From Candidatus Poribacteria bacterium (lineage in GTDB: Bacteria; Poribacteria; WGA-4E; JAJDTR01): a DNA stretch of 64,000 nucleotides. The notes beneath the pieces were generated by a model, which was given only the letters and a program-made list of their open reading frames with translations, made no database searches and was not told the DNA's origin. The translations under genes and the position numbers were made by a program. This document shows positions 51,204 to 62,378 of the stretch, one piece after another. The stretch lies in the NCBI GenBank assembly GCA_965222225.1, contig CBDCTK010000002.1, positions 2,016,001-2,080,000 on the forward strand, given 5' to 3'. How positions within the stretch are numbered: position 1 is the first letter of the stretch; every line of letters begins with the position of its first letter.

Positions 51204-51296
51204 GAACAAGCACCTCGTGTGGGGTGAACGGAATGGATAGACGGCGACACGCGTCCACATTGATCGCGTCTGGATATTAAAAAAGGAGGAAATTAA

Positions 51297-52304
51297 ATGC
51301 AACAACAACCGTGGGAGCCAGAACAATTTAACCAATACATGAGCAATGTCTCAAGATGGTTTTCGGGATCCAACAAGTTTCTCTATTTGCTTATCGTCGG
51401 AATCGTGCTGTTGGTGTGGTTGGCAACGGGCATATATATGGTGCAACCGGGTCAGGAAGGTGTGGTGCTTACCTTCGGCAAATTTGTAAATATTACTGGT
51501 TCCGGACTTCACTTTCGTTTGCCCTGGCCCATTCAGAGTGTAACAATTGTGAATGTCGAAAGCATCCGTCGCGCAGAAATTGGATTCCGAACCACAGATC
51601 GGGACCGAAAGCGTGAGGTCCTTAGCGAGGCCTTAATGCTGACGGAAGATGAAAACATCGTCCAGGTTGAACTCTTAGTTCAATATCGCGTTGCCAGTTC
51701 GCGCGACTTTGTCTTTAATGTTCAAGATCCGGAACAACTCTTGCTCACCAGCGGCGAAGTGGCTTTACGCAGTACCGTGGGGCAGATGACCGTTGATGCG
51801 GTCATTACCGAAGAACGCGCTCGTGTTCAGGATGACACGCGAACTTTCCTGTCACGGCTGATGGCTGACTACGGAACCGGCATCCAGATAACTGACGTGC
51901 GTCTTCAAGTGGCGGACCCGCCGAAAGAGGTTCGTGATGCCTTTCAAGACGTGGTTCGCGCTCGTGCCGATAAGGAACGCCTCATCAATGAATCCCAAGC
52001 TTACCAAAACAACGTCGTTCCCAAAGCGCGCGGTGAAAAGCAACAGGCGATCGAGGAAGCCACCGCGTTCAAAGAGGAGCAGGTACTCCACGCCACTGGT
52101 GACGCTAATCGTTTTCTATCCGTTCTGAAGGAATATCGTTTAGCTCGGCAAGTGACGCGGGAGCGGTTGCACATTGAGGCATTGGAAAACATTCTGAATC
52201 AAGTCGAGTTGATTTTGGTTGACGATGATGTTGGTAAGGGAGTCTTACCGCTCTTGCCACTTTCCAATCTAAACAGTTCAAGACCATCCGAAGGAGGAAA
52301 CTAA
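51297..52304 (+). CDS. hflK: FtsH modulator HflK
   Basis: SPFH domain, GLHFRLPWPI, MLTEDENIV, VVPKARG, VTRERL. Confidence 0.93.
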   Translation: MQQQPWEPEQFNQYMSNVSRWFSGSNKFLYLLIVGIVLLVWLATGIYMVQPGQEGVVLTFGKFVNITGSGLHFRLPWPIQSVTIVNVESIRRAEIGFRTTDRDRKREVLSEALMLTEDENIVQVELLVQYRVASSRDFVFNVQDPEQLLLTSGEVALRSTVGQMTVDAVITEERARVQDDTRTFLSRLMADYGTGIQITDVRLQVADPPKEVRDAFQDVVRARADKERLINESQAYQNNVVPKARGEKQQAIEEATAFKEEQVLHATGDANRFLSVLKEYRLARQVTRERLHIEALENILNQVELILVDDDVGKGVLPLLPLSNLNSSRPSEGGN

Positions 52305-52305
52305 G

Positions 52306-53175
52306 ATGAATACCCGAACGCTTGGCATTACTGTTATCCTGCTGATAGCTCTAGCCGTAGTTATTAGCCAGACTCTATTCGCCGTGGATGAGACTGAGCA
52401 GGTTATCATCCTCCAATTTGGCAATCCCGTTGCAACTGTCCGGAGTCCGGGCCTGAAGGTAAAATCACCGTTCATCCAAAATGTGATTTTCTTTGAGAAA
52501 CGTATTCTTTCCAGCGATGCACTTCCGCAGGAATATCTGACTACCGACAAAAAACGGCTCGTGGTTGACCACGTCACCCGCTGGAAAATCCTCGACCCGC
52601 TCCTGTTCTTCAAAGCGGTAACGACAGAGGCGGGCGCACGAGCACGTCTTGATGACATCGTCTTCTCCGAACTTCGGCGGGAACTTGCAACTTTTAACTT
52701 TGTTGATGTTATCTCTCGAGAGCGCGAGAATATTATGGAACGGGTTGCCCGCTCCGCGACCGAAAAGGCGGCAGAGTATGGAATCGGCGTCGTTGATGTG
52801 CGCACGAAAAGGGCCGATTTGCCGGAAGAAGTGGAGCAGAGTGTCTTCAACCGAATGATTGCTGAGCGTAAACGGGAATCCAACCTATTCCGAGCCGAGG
52901 GCAATGAGCAAGCCAACATCATCCGCGCCCAAGCAGACCGTGACAGCACCGTCATTGTGGCTGAGGGCTACGGCGAGGCACAGCGCATTCGTGGTGAGGG
53001 TGAAGCAGAGGCCATCCACATATACGCTGAAGCCCTAGGTCAGGATCCTGAATTCTACGCCTTTTCACGACGCCTTGAGGCATACGGAACCGTGCTTAAG
53101 AGTGGTGACAAGGTCGTCATACCAGCGGACTCCGAGTTCTTCCAATTCCTGCTAAATAACGGACTGCGGAGATGA
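52306..53175 (+). CDS. hflC: FtsH modulator HflC
   Basis: VILQFG, TTDKKRLVVD, RMIAER, DPEFYAFSR. Confidence 0.93.
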   Translation: MNTRTLGITVILLIALAVVISQTLFAVDETEQVIILQFGNPVATVRSPGLKVKSPFIQNVIFFEKRILSSDALPQEYLTTDKKRLVVDHVTRWKILDPLLFFKAVTTEAGARARLDDIVFSELRRELATFNFVDVISRERENIMERVARSATEKAAEYGIGVVDVRTKRADLPEEVEQSVFNRMIAERKRESNLFRAEGNEQANIIRAQADRDSTVIVAEGYGEAQRIRGEGEAEAIHIYAEALGQDPEFYAFSRRLEAYGTVLKSGDKVVIPADSEFFQFLLNNGLRR

Positions 53176-53263
53176 GAAAGTTGGAAAAATCGAGAATCTG
53201 CCTCAGCCGATTTCACCTCCCGATCACTTGCTATTCCCATTTCTGAAAGAAGGGACTGAGGAC

Positions 53264-54220
53264 ATGATCAAATCATTGCCGTTACACGACGCACCCAACG
53301 AGGTTACGTCGTGCATTTCAGGCAAAGAATCAGTTCGGTATTCAGCCAAACGGCGGCACCCGCCCTGGATTAGAGCACGGGTGCCGTCTGGCCCAAACTT
53401 CGCCGATCTCAAACATTTGATGCGAGAATTGAACCTGCACACCGTCTGCGAGGAAGCACGCTGTCCGAATATCGGGGAATGTTGGGAAAACCGAACGGCT
53501 ACCTTTATGATTCTGGGTGATGTATGCACGCGACGTTGCATGTTCTGCGCGGTCACGAAAGGCAAGCCTGGAGGCGTCGTTGACCACGATGAACCGCGGC
53601 GAATCGGGGCAGCTGTTGGGGACCTCAAACTAGAGCATGTGGTGATTACCTCCGTGAACCGCGATGATGTTCCCGACGGAGGAGCTAGCATTTTTGCGGA
53701 GTGCATTCGTGAATCACGCCTGCACAGCCCGGGTTGCACTGTCGAGGTGCTTATTCCTGACCTTGAAGGGAATCGGGAGGCGCTCGCCGTGATTATCGAC
53801 GCCCAGCCCGACCTTTTGAACCATAATACCGAGACAGTGCCGCGTCTTTATCGAAGAGCCCGTCCTCAGGCGAACTACCAACAAACTCTGGACCTGTTAC
53901 GGCGAGGCAAAGAGATTGATCCCACTATTGTCACAAAATCGGGATTGATGGTCGGTTTGGGGGAATCCGTTGATGAACTGCTAGACACCATGCGAGATAT
54001 TCAAGCATCCAACTGCGACATCCTTACGATTGGACAATACCTTTCGCCTACATCTCGGCATCTCCCGATTCAGCGCTATTATACACCAGCAGAATTTGAA
54101 GAGTTGAAAGAGGCCGGTATGGAGATGGGGTTTCGCCACGTTGAATCTGGCCCCCTCGTTCGGAGTTCTTACCATGCTGGAGAACAAGCACGGTTGAGCA
54201 TGACAGGAACAGGTAGATAG
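53264..54220 (+). CDS. lipA: Lipoyl synthase
   Basis: CEEARCPNIGEC, CTRRCMFC, VRSSY. Confidence 0.96.
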   Translation: MIKSLPLHDAPNEVTSCISGKESVRYSAKRRHPPWIRARVPSGPNFADLKHLMRELNLHTVCEEARCPNIGECWENRTATFMILGDVCTRRCMFCAVTKGKPGGVVDHDEPRRIGAAVGDLKLEHVVITSVNRDDVPDGGASIFAECIRESRLHSPGCTVEVLIPDLEGNREALAVIIDAQPDLLNHNTETVPRLYRRARPQANYQQTLDLLRRGKEIDPTIVTKSGLMVGLGESVDELLDTMRDIQASNCDILTIGQYLSPTSRHLPIQRYYTPAEFEELKEAGMEMGFRHVESGPLVRSSYHAGEQARLSMTGTGR

Positions 54221-54318
54221 CGAATACTCACGGTTTTTAAATCTCCCGCTCCAGCGGTGCAACATGTGATTCTGAAAAAGCGATCGGTGATGGTCAATAG
54301 GAGACGCAAATCCACCTT

Positions 54319-54349
54319 GAAACCGAGCTTTTGGTAAAAACTCGGTTTC
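54319..54349. repeat. GAAACCGAG..CTCGGTTTC hairpin repeat family, also at 18749-18780 and 62220-62250; may act as a terminator
   Basis: Inverted repeat with T/A-rich inner arms, located after gene 3' ends. Confidence 0.6.
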
Positions 54350-54640
54350 TTATTCTCCTCCAAAACGATAACGTGATCCGCATTAATAGGTGCACAATAC
54401 CGATTCTATATGTTTTGTAACGCTCAGATAGCCCGCTGACACTTGCACACCTTCGCAATTTTCGCATATGTTTTATCCTGTGCAAAATTGAACCCTTTGT
54501 TGTTTTGTCTTCTTAACGTATTACGATCAACTGACCGAACAGGAAGGGTGATAAAACTCCCATCACGCATTAACGACTGTAGACCATCTCCTAGACTAAT
54601 ATCTATTTTTGCATATCCACAGAGAAATACGAGGTAAATC

Positions 54641-56404
54641 TTGAGCATCGTTGCCCATGTGACCCATGAAGCAATTCAGAAGGTGGGATGGATCGGAGCG
54701 GTAATACAGGGCCTCCTCACGACACGGCAGTACAACCGAAGTATTGAAAGGACATTTCTCATTGGCCCTCTTCATGACACGGACGTGGGCGAAGATGAGC
54801 GTTTGGGAGAAGGCGGTGAAGTGTTATACTCATCTTCTATGGGAATCCGCAAAGCGCCTTATGCCGATGCACTGCAACAAATTGAGGAAACCTATCGCGT
54901 CGCAATCGTTTACGGCAAATGTCGACTTGTGGACGATGAAAGTGGCATCACTATCTTCCCGGAAGTAATTTTAGTCAACGTTTCCTACATCCACCCGGAA
55001 TATTTGAGTTCGTTCAAGTCACGGCTCTTCGAGCGATTCTCTATCGAATCCGGACGTTACGACGACATCTGGGAATATGAGGAATATGTTCGACGCGCAG
55101 AACCGGGATATTGTACCTTACGTGCACTGATTGGCGAAGATACCGAGACGCCGTGTTTCGTGATTGCGCACGAATTCATGGGAATGCCCCTGGGCCTCAA
55201 GACAATTCTTGAGGGGCAACCCAACATGAAGACAATTTTTTACGCCCATGAAGTCGCAACCGTTCGGCCAATTATTGAGAATCATACCGGACACGACACC
55301 ATGTTCTATAACGCACTACAGCGTGGATTGGACGAAGGTAAATCTATTCGGGATGTGTTCGGCGATCAGTTCTGGTATTACAAGCACGCGCTCATTGACA
55401 AGGCACACCTTTGTGACAACATTTTTGCGGTGGGCGATCTCGTCGTACAAGAACTTCGCTTCCTAGCCCAGCCTTTTTTCGATGCATCAATAGACCTAGT
55501 TTACAATGGGATTCCTAGTGCGCGCTTGAATCTTTCCGAGAAGTTGAAATCCAAGCATCGCTTACAAAAATACGCCGAGAACCTGCTTGGCTACACCCCC
55601 GACTATGTATTCACACACGTAACCCGCCTAGTAAGAAGCAAAGGGCTTTGGCGCGATTTGCAGTTGCTAAGGCACATGGATAACCTTCTCGCATCAATTG
55701 GAAAAACTGCCGTGCTGTTTATCCTTTCGACGGAAATTGGCAGCGGCAGATCAAGCGAAGAGGCGCATTTTATGGAAGCGGAATACGGTTGGCCCGTGCG
55801 TCATCGGATTGGTGCTCCCGACCTGGTTGGAAGCGAGGTTGATATGAACAACGGCGTCACTGCTTTCAATTTCGATTCAACGGCAATCAAGGTTGTTTTT
55901 GTCAATCAATTCGGTTGGAGTAGAGAGCGTTGCGGGGTCAGGATGCCCGAAGATATGGAGTTCATGGACATCCGGAAGGGATCCGATGCCGAATTCGGAC
56001 AGTCCATCTACGAACCCTTTGGCATCGCGCAGGTTGAGCCGTTAAGCTTCGGCGCGATTTGCGTGCTAAGCAATTCCTGCGGTTGTTGCGGTTTCGTCCA
56101 GCGTGTGACCGATGGCGCCGATGTACCAAACGTCATCATTGCCGACTATACCCATCTTAATTACCTGTCAGATTCGCTAGAAGGCTTATTGGCGATAGGA
56201 GCCGCCGAACGAGATAAGATCGAAGCCCACAATAGTTGGGACATTGCGGCAAAATTGGTAGGACGCTTGCCGCGCAACGACCGCGATGCTGACGAAATGA
56301 TTCAGCGGGGTTCTGAAATTGCCGTTAAGATGAGTTGGGAAGTCGTCGTTGAGAACTATTTCTTGCCCGGCTTGCAGCGAGCGCTTGATAGACACAAAAC
56401 CTGA
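54641..56404 (+). CDS. GT-B glycosyltransferase related to GT3-type glycogen synthase, possibly inactive
   Basis: HEAIQKVGWIG (cf. KVGGI), AHEFM, SIYEPFG; convergent with glgB. Confidence 0.6.
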   Translation: MSIVAHVTHEAIQKVGWIGAVIQGLLTTRQYNRSIERTFLIGPLHDTDVGEDERLGEGGEVLYSSSMGIRKAPYADALQQIEETYRVAIVYGKCRLVDDESGITIFPEVILVNVSYIHPEYLSSFKSRLFERFSIESGRYDDIWEYEEYVRRAEPGYCTLRALIGEDTETPCFVIAHEFMGMPLGLKTILEGQPNMKTIFYAHEVATVRPIIENHTGHDTMFYNALQRGLDEGKSIRDVFGDQFWYYKHALIDKAHLCDNIFAVGDLVVQELRFLAQPFFDASIDLVYNGIPSARLNLSEKLKSKHRLQKYAENLLGYTPDYVFTHVTRLVRSKGLWRDLQLLRHMDNLLASIGKTAVLFILSTEIGSGRSSEEAHFMEAEYGWPVRHRIGAPDLVGSEVDMNNGVTAFNFDSTAIKVVFVNQFGWSRERCGVRMPEDMEFMDIRKGSDAEFGQSIYEPFGIAQVEPLSFGAICVLSNSCGCCGFVQRVTDGADVPNVIIADYTHLNYLSDSLEGLLAIGAAERDKIEAHNSWDIAAKLVGRLPRNDRDADEMIQRGSEIAVKMSWEVVVENYFLPGLQRALDRHKT

Positions 56405-56598
56405 ACCAGGAGTTTTCACAATTCGCCATAATCCCTCAACACCCTCACATAGGAACTAAGTTCGACTTTGTACATTTGTAGGTGCGCACTGCGTACCAGC
56501 CTTTCGCCCTATGGGAGTTACAGGTTTATAGTAAGCGACGACAGAAACACGCTAAAGCCTCTCCTCAAATGGCCAAACACGACCTTACCGGCTATTAT

Positions 56599-58653
56599 TC
56601 AAACAGGATCTAGCACCTGAGCAGTACGAGCCGGGAGATAAAGCTGAATTGACTGATTGCGACCATGAATCGGATCATTCTGCTTGGGATAGATCGTACC
56701 CTCATCAACTAAACCGTGCCCTTCAAATGCCTCGTTATCCGAGTTCAGAACCAGTTGATAGTTGATCGGATCTGGTACTGGTACCCGTAGATCCGCGTAT
56801 GATTCACTTGGATGAAAATTAAACACAAACACCAAAGCGCCTCGCCGATAAACTAACTGCTTTTTTTCCTCATGAGACATAAGGGATTCAATAAGAGAAT
56901 CTTCTAGCAAATTGTACTGAAGATCGATATTTTGCATCGCCCTGTCAAAGTTGTTCAACCCTTTGTATCGCAAAATCTCCTGATCGACTAAACTCCACTG
57001 CCGACGAGCATAATGGTGCGAATAGTTGTTTTCCGGGCGAGGAAAATCAATCCACTCCGGGTGACCAAATTCATTTCCAATGAAATTTAGGTAACCCTCG
57101 CCTCCCAAAGAGAACGTAATGAGGCGAATCATCTTATGCAACGCAATCCCACGATCCGTCACAAGGCTAGGAGTAGACAAACTCATATTCCAGTACATCT
57201 CTTTGTCCATCAACCAGAACGCGATAGTCTTGTCTCCCACTAGCGCCTGATCGTGGCTTTCCGCATAGCCGATGTGCTTCTCATGTGCTCGCCGATTTAG
57301 AAGCGTATGATAAATCTCCGACATGTTCCACTGTTCATCTGTTGTTTCTTCCTTGAGCAGTTTAATCCAATAGTCGGGTATACCCATCGCCAATCGATAA
57401 TCAAACCCTAAACCGTCCTCTTTTACCGGGCGTGCCAATCCCATCATCCCGCTGACATCCTCGGCAATTGTAATCGCCGCGTTGTTGACCCCATGCGCCA
57501 CCTCGTTGGCAAGCATCAGATAAGCCAATGCGTCGTTGTCCACATTGTCGTCAAAGTAGTCATCGTAATTTGAAAATCCCTTGTTCCCATGATCGAGATA
57601 TAACATGCTGGTCACGCCATCGAATCGAAAACCGTCAAACCGATACTCCTCCGACCAAAAACGGACATTGCTGAGCAGAAACCGTTGAGCTTCGTAATTG
57701 GCGTAGTCAAAGCAAAGCGAATCCCACGTGGGATTTTGTCCTCTCGCCCCTGCATGGAATTACTGATAATCGGTGCCATCGAAGCGATTCAACCCTTCGT
57801 GCACGTTCTTCACCGAATGACTGTGGACGAGATCCATTATTACCAATAAGCCCATGCCGTGCGCGGTGTCAATCAGCTCCTTGAGTTCTTCCGGAGTGCC
57901 AAATCGGCTCGACACGGCAAAGAAATTGCTTACATGGTAGCCAAAACTCCCTTAATACGGATGCTCCATCACAGCCATCAACTGAAGGGCGTTGTATCCC
58001 AGATTGGCGATGCGCGGCAGGACGTTCTGCGAAAATTCGAGGAATGTGCCGACCCTGCCCTCTTCTTGTGCCATACCGACATGGGCTTCGTACAGGCGCA
58101 ATCCTCCCGTCCATTTTGGCGGCGTATTCTTCCATTCGTAGGATTCGGGCGGATTCCAATACTGTCCGGTGAAATTTGGGGTACCGTGTTCCTGAACCAC
58201 GCGTCGTATGTTAGCGGGAATCCGATCGAGCCCACCATCGGCTGAACCGACATGGACTTTTACCTTGCTCTCATGTGTCAACCGATTCCCATAATGAGAA
58301 TTGTGTAAGAAGATTTGCCAGACGCCGTAGTCATCACGTGCTAGCGGATGTGAGTCTCGATTCCAATCGTTGAAATCACCGATTAATGCCAAGTAATCTG
58401 CACCCGGTGCCCATTCACGGTACCAAACGCCGTTCTGTCCATTCATCTCGCCACGATTAAATCCAAAATACCGATGCCCTAGGCTAATCGGTCCCATTAG
58501 GCCTCTACAATCTTCTTCATCTATGCGCTTTCTGAAACGCTGGTAGTGGGCAAAGCGTTCTCGCAATTTGTCCGAGTAAGGCTCCAACCACGGATCGAGT
58601 TTAATCAGACCTGTTCCGCTATTCCACGTTTGGGCCTTATTTTTATCTTTCAT
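56599..58653 (-). pseudogene. glgB: 1,4-alpha-glucan branching enzyme (GH13_8 type) with two in-frame TAA stops
   Basis: One continuous frame: YREWAP, YEAHVG, MEHPY*GSFGY (57952-54), DYQ*FH (57760-62), GFRFDGVTSM, AEDVSG, YAESHDQ, GNEFGHPEW. Confidence 0.9.
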
Positions 58654-58904
58654 GGCATGTCACCGGCATACTACAGCATTGTGTGGTTGATATTATAACC
58701 CACGTGGAATCTGTGAACAAAATGAAAAATTTGACGCTTTTCCGCTTCAATTGTTTGACTCGAGACGGGTAAGTCGTGGTCAGGATTTAGCTTGACTCAA
58801 CCGATTGAGCAATCATATAATAGCCATGCGTCACGGGAAATGCGACTTAGAGAAGCTACCTGTCGACGTGATTCTCTCAATCCGAGAATCTGAGGAGAAA
58901 TGCT

Positions 58905-59915
58905 TTGGAGGAGTTGCAAACTAAACGCCGGTTAGCCTTGAGCCTCGATCTAATCAAGCTGCCAAGGAGTTGTGAAGAAAAGGCATTTTCACAAGCTGTA
59001 GTTGAAGGGCTATCCAAACCGCAAAAGAGTCTCCCTTGTCGATACTTCTATGACTTGGCTGGATCCAAGTTATTCGAGCAGATATGCGAGTTGCCGGAAT
59101 ACTATCTTACACGCACCGAGCAGAAGATTTTCGAAGATAACTCGACCGATATTATCAACGCCCTAGATTACGAACTGGCAATTGTAGAGTTTGGCAGTGG
59201 CAATTCCGTAAAAACCCGCCTGTTGATTAACGCGGCGTTGAATCGTCAAAACCATCTGCACTATATTCCCATTGATATTTCTTCCAGTTTTTTGAAAGCC
59301 TCCTCGCAGGCCCTGCTCGGTGAAATCGATCGGCTCTCGATTACAGCAATCGCAGCCGAATATGCTGACGCCATCCCGATTATTCCCGACCCGCAAGAGC
59401 CTCGCTTGTTTCTTTTCATAGGCAGCAATATCGGCAACTTCAATCGTGCCGAAGCAGTCTCGTTCATCACAAAGATTCGCAAACAGATGCACTCTCAGGA
59501 CAGACTGCTGATTAGTTTCGATTTAGTGAAAGCGTCCCATATCCTCGAAGCCGCGTATAACGATGCAGCCGGAGTCACGGCAGCATTTAACAAAAACCTT
59601 CTGACGCGAATCAACCGTGAACTTGGGGGTACTTTCGCACTCTCCAAGTTCGATCATTTTGCCCCCTTCGTCAAGTTGGATTCCCGCATTGAGATGCGTT
59701 TAATCAGTCGGTGGTCTCAGCGCGTCTACATTAACAATCTTCAGCGAGAATTTACCTTTGAACGGGATGAGTATATTCACACCGAAGATTCACATAAATA
59801 CACGTTTGAGAGTTTCACGGAAATATGTCGCGTTGCCGGTCTTGAAATTCAAAACCAATGGCTCGACAAGCATGAATGGTTTGCGGTTGCCCTACTAAAA
59901 CCGAGGGGAATATGA
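58905..59915 (+). CDS. egtD: L-histidine N-alpha-methyltransferase
   Basis: KSLPCRYFYD..GSKLFEQIC.LPEYY.TRTE, EFGSG, AYND..GVTAAFN, TEDSHKY. Confidence 0.9.
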   Translation: MEELQTKRRLALSLDLIKLPRSCEEKAFSQAVVEGLSKPQKSLPCRYFYDLAGSKLFEQICELPEYYLTRTEQKIFEDNSTDIINALDYELAIVEFGSGNSVKTRLLINAALNRQNHLHYIPIDISSSFLKASSQALLGEIDRLSITAIAAEYADAIPIIPDPQEPRLFLFIGSNIGNFNRAEAVSFITKIRKQMHSQDRLLISFDLVKASHILEAAYNDAAGVTAAFNKNLLTRINRELGGTFALSKFDHFAPFVKLDSRIEMRLISRWSQRVYINNLQREFTFERDEYIHTEDSHKYTFESFTEICRVAGLEIQNQWLDKHEWFAVALLKPRGI

Positions 59916-60646
59916 TTCAACTAAACAATGCCAGTAAGCGATTTGGGGATACGATTGCACTCCATCCCACAAGTTTGATGATAGAACCAGCCAAGACAAC
60001 GGTGCTGATTGGTCCCAGCGGGTGCGGGAAATCCACAATCCTTAGACTGATGAACGGTCTGCTGCAACCGACAACGGGGAGCGTGGAATTTGAGAGACAG
60101 CGCGTTTCGAAGGACAACGTTCTTGAGTTGCGCCGACGGATGGGTTACGTCATTCAAGACGGGGGTTTGTTCCCGCATCTTACGGCGTCCCAAAATGTTA
60201 CGCTTATGTCAAAACATCTTGGCACCCCCGCTGACGAGACGCAACAACGCTTGAGCGAACTTTGTGAGTTGAGCCATTTTCCCGAAGACGGTTTAAGTCG
60301 TTATCCTGTGGAACTCTCGGGTGGACAGCGGCAGCGCGTCAGTTTGATGCGAGCACTCGTGTTAAATCCGGATTTGCTTTTGTTAGATGAACCGCTGGGT
60401 GCGCTGGACCCGATGGTGCGCGCCTCACTCCAAACCGAACTCAAGGCGATATTCCGGAGCCTTGGCAAGACGGTAGTGCTCGTTACCCACGATATGGCGG
60501 AGGCAGCCTATCTGGGAGATCAGATTGTATTGTTGAAAGAGGGACGGATTGTCCAAGAGGGCACTTTGGACGACCTGCGAGAAAGACCGTCCGATAAATT
60601 CATCTCGGAGTTCATTACGGCACAAAGGAGCTTGGTCCAGTTATGA
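59912..60646 (+). CDS. ABC transporter ATP-binding subunit, osmoprotectant (OpuC/OsmV-like) family
   Basis: GPSGCGKST, GYVIQDGGLFPH, LSGGQ, LLDEP; ATGA overlap with egtD. Confidence 0.9.
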   Translation: MIQLNNASKRFGDTIALHPTSLMIEPAKTTVLIGPSGCGKSTILRLMNGLLQPTTGSVEFERQRVSKDNVLELRRRMGYVIQDGGLFPHLTASQNVTLMSKHLGTPADETQQRLSELCELSHFPEDGLSRYPVELSGGQRQRVSLMRALVLNPDLLLLDEPLGALDPMVRASLQTELKAIFRSLGKTVVLVTHDMAEAAYLGDQIVLLKEGRIVQEGTLDDLRERPSDKFISEFITAQRSLVQL

Positions 60647-62193
60647 AGCTACGTTCCGCTAAGTTCACTTTCCTGCCAGGCTGGATCAAGAGTTCAAGGG
60701 TTCGGGAGGCCGTTAATGCGTTGCCTATCGCAAAATGTCTTGCAGTGATGTTCATCCTCATTCCCCTGGCTGCGAATGCCGAACAGATTCAGGTTGGTTC
60801 CAAGAGATTCACGGAGTCATACGTTCTAGGCGAAATATCGAAGCGCCTGTTGGAAAATGCCGGATTCACCATCGAACACAAACAGGGCATGGGTGGCACC
60901 ATCATCGTTTGGCGAGCGTTGACAAATGGTGACATCTCCATGTATCCCGACTATACCGGTACGGTTCAGGAAACAATCCTGAAGTCAAAAACGCCGCTGA
61001 CATCGGAACAAATGCGAGCGGCGCTCGCCGAACACGGCATCGGAATGACTGAGGAACTCGGATTCAACAATACGTATGCGTTCGCTATGCGCCGTGAAAC
61101 GGCGGAATCCCTCAACCTTCGCACGATAAGTGATTTGAAACAGCATCCGAATCTGAAACTCGGATTTACACATGAATTTCTGAATCGAAAGGACGGTTGG
61201 GAACCGCTGAGTAAGCACTACGGCTTACAGATGAGGCCCCGCGGAATGGAACACTCGTTGACATACGTCGCCCTCAACAGTGGCGATATTGACCTCACCG
61301 ACGCTTACTCCACCGACGCGAAGTTGGGAGAATACGACCTTGCGGTTTTAGAGGATGATTTGGAGTTTTTTCCAAAGTATAACGCAGTCTTCCTGTACCG
61401 ATTGGACACCGATCAGAAAGCCATTTCCGCTATTCAAGCGCTAGGGGGAACCATTGGTGAAGCTCGGATGATTCAACTCAACGTGGCGGCGGAACGTATG
61501 AAAGACTACACCCGCGCCGCCGCGCTATATTTCGAGGAAACCGAAACAAGCGCGAACTCCAAGATTTCGCAGTTTTTTTCTAAGATTGTCCCTCTCACCG
61601 GTGAACACCTGACGTTGGTGGCCATCTCAATGTTTCTTGCCGTCATTATCGGCATTCCGCTCGGGATACGCGCGAGTCGACCGGGACTCGTCAGCCAATT
61701 CATCTTGGGGCTGACCGGCATTATTCAGACCATCCCCTCAATTGTGTTGTTAGCCGTTCTTATCCCCATCTTAGGCACGAGTATGCGCAACGCGATTGCC
61801 GCGCTTTTCCTGTACAGTTTGCTTCCAATTGTACGCAACACGACAGCCGGACTGCAGGATATTTCTACACCGATTCGAGAGTCCGCCGCTGCCCTTGGTC
61901 TCGAGCCTCGCGTCCAACTAACAAAAGTCTTCCTACCGATGGCATCCCGATCAATTCTCGCAGGGGTAAAAACAAGCACGGTCATTAACATCGGTACCGC
62001 AACCCTTGCCGGATTTATAGGCGCCGGAGGGTATGGAGAACTCATTCTTAGCGGGATCAATCTAAACGCCACCGATGTCATATTGCAAGGCGCTATTCCT
62101 GCCGCACTTCTCGCCTTGCTGTCGCAATTCCTCTTTGACATCCTTGACGGCGCCGTAATTCCTAGGGGATTGCGCTTGAAAGCATCTGCGTAG
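60643..62193 (+). CDS. Fused betaine-type substrate-binding protein and ABC permease
   Basis: GSKRFTESY, YPDYTGT, GFNNTY, YSTD, then permease TIPS, LPIVRNT, GAGGYG. Confidence 0.88.
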   Translation: MKLRSAKFTFLPGWIKSSRVREAVNALPIAKCLAVMFILIPLAANAEQIQVGSKRFTESYVLGEISKRLLENAGFTIEHKQGMGGTIIVWRALTNGDISMYPDYTGTVQETILKSKTPLTSEQMRAALAEHGIGMTEELGFNNTYAFAMRRETAESLNLRTISDLKQHPNLKLGFTHEFLNRKDGWEPLSKHYGLQMRPRGMEHSLTYVALNSGDIDLTDAYSTDAKLGEYDLAVLEDDLEFFPKYNAVFLYRLDTDQKAISAIQALGGTIGEARMIQLNVAAERMKDYTRAAALYFEETETSANSKISQFFSKIVPLTGEHLTLVAISMFLAVIIGIPLGIRASRPGLVSQFILGLTGIIQTIPSIVLLAVLIPILGTSMRNAIAALFLYSLLPIVRNTTAGLQDISTPIRESAAALGLEPRVQLTKVFLPMASRSILAGVKTSTVINIGTATLAGFIGAGGYGELILSGINLNATDVILQGAIPAALLALLSQFLFDILDGAVIPRGLRLKASA

Positions 62194-62378
62194 CTTGATG
62201 GCGTAGAGTCATCTCTCCTGAAACCGAGTTTTTCTTCAAAACTCAGTTTCTCCCTTGCAATTCTGTATCTGTGGGGCGGGATTGACAATCGCTAAATCGT
62301 CGATTGCCCTTCTTACTGACCATCAGCCTCTGAACGTGCCATGACGGCCCTCAAATCATCAGCGTAGATTTTCAATTA

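Noticed and set aside
57760-57954. TAA reassigned to Tyr
   Set aside because: Many intact genes in the window end in TAA (for example 2881, 5070, 47477), so nonsense mutation is simpler.
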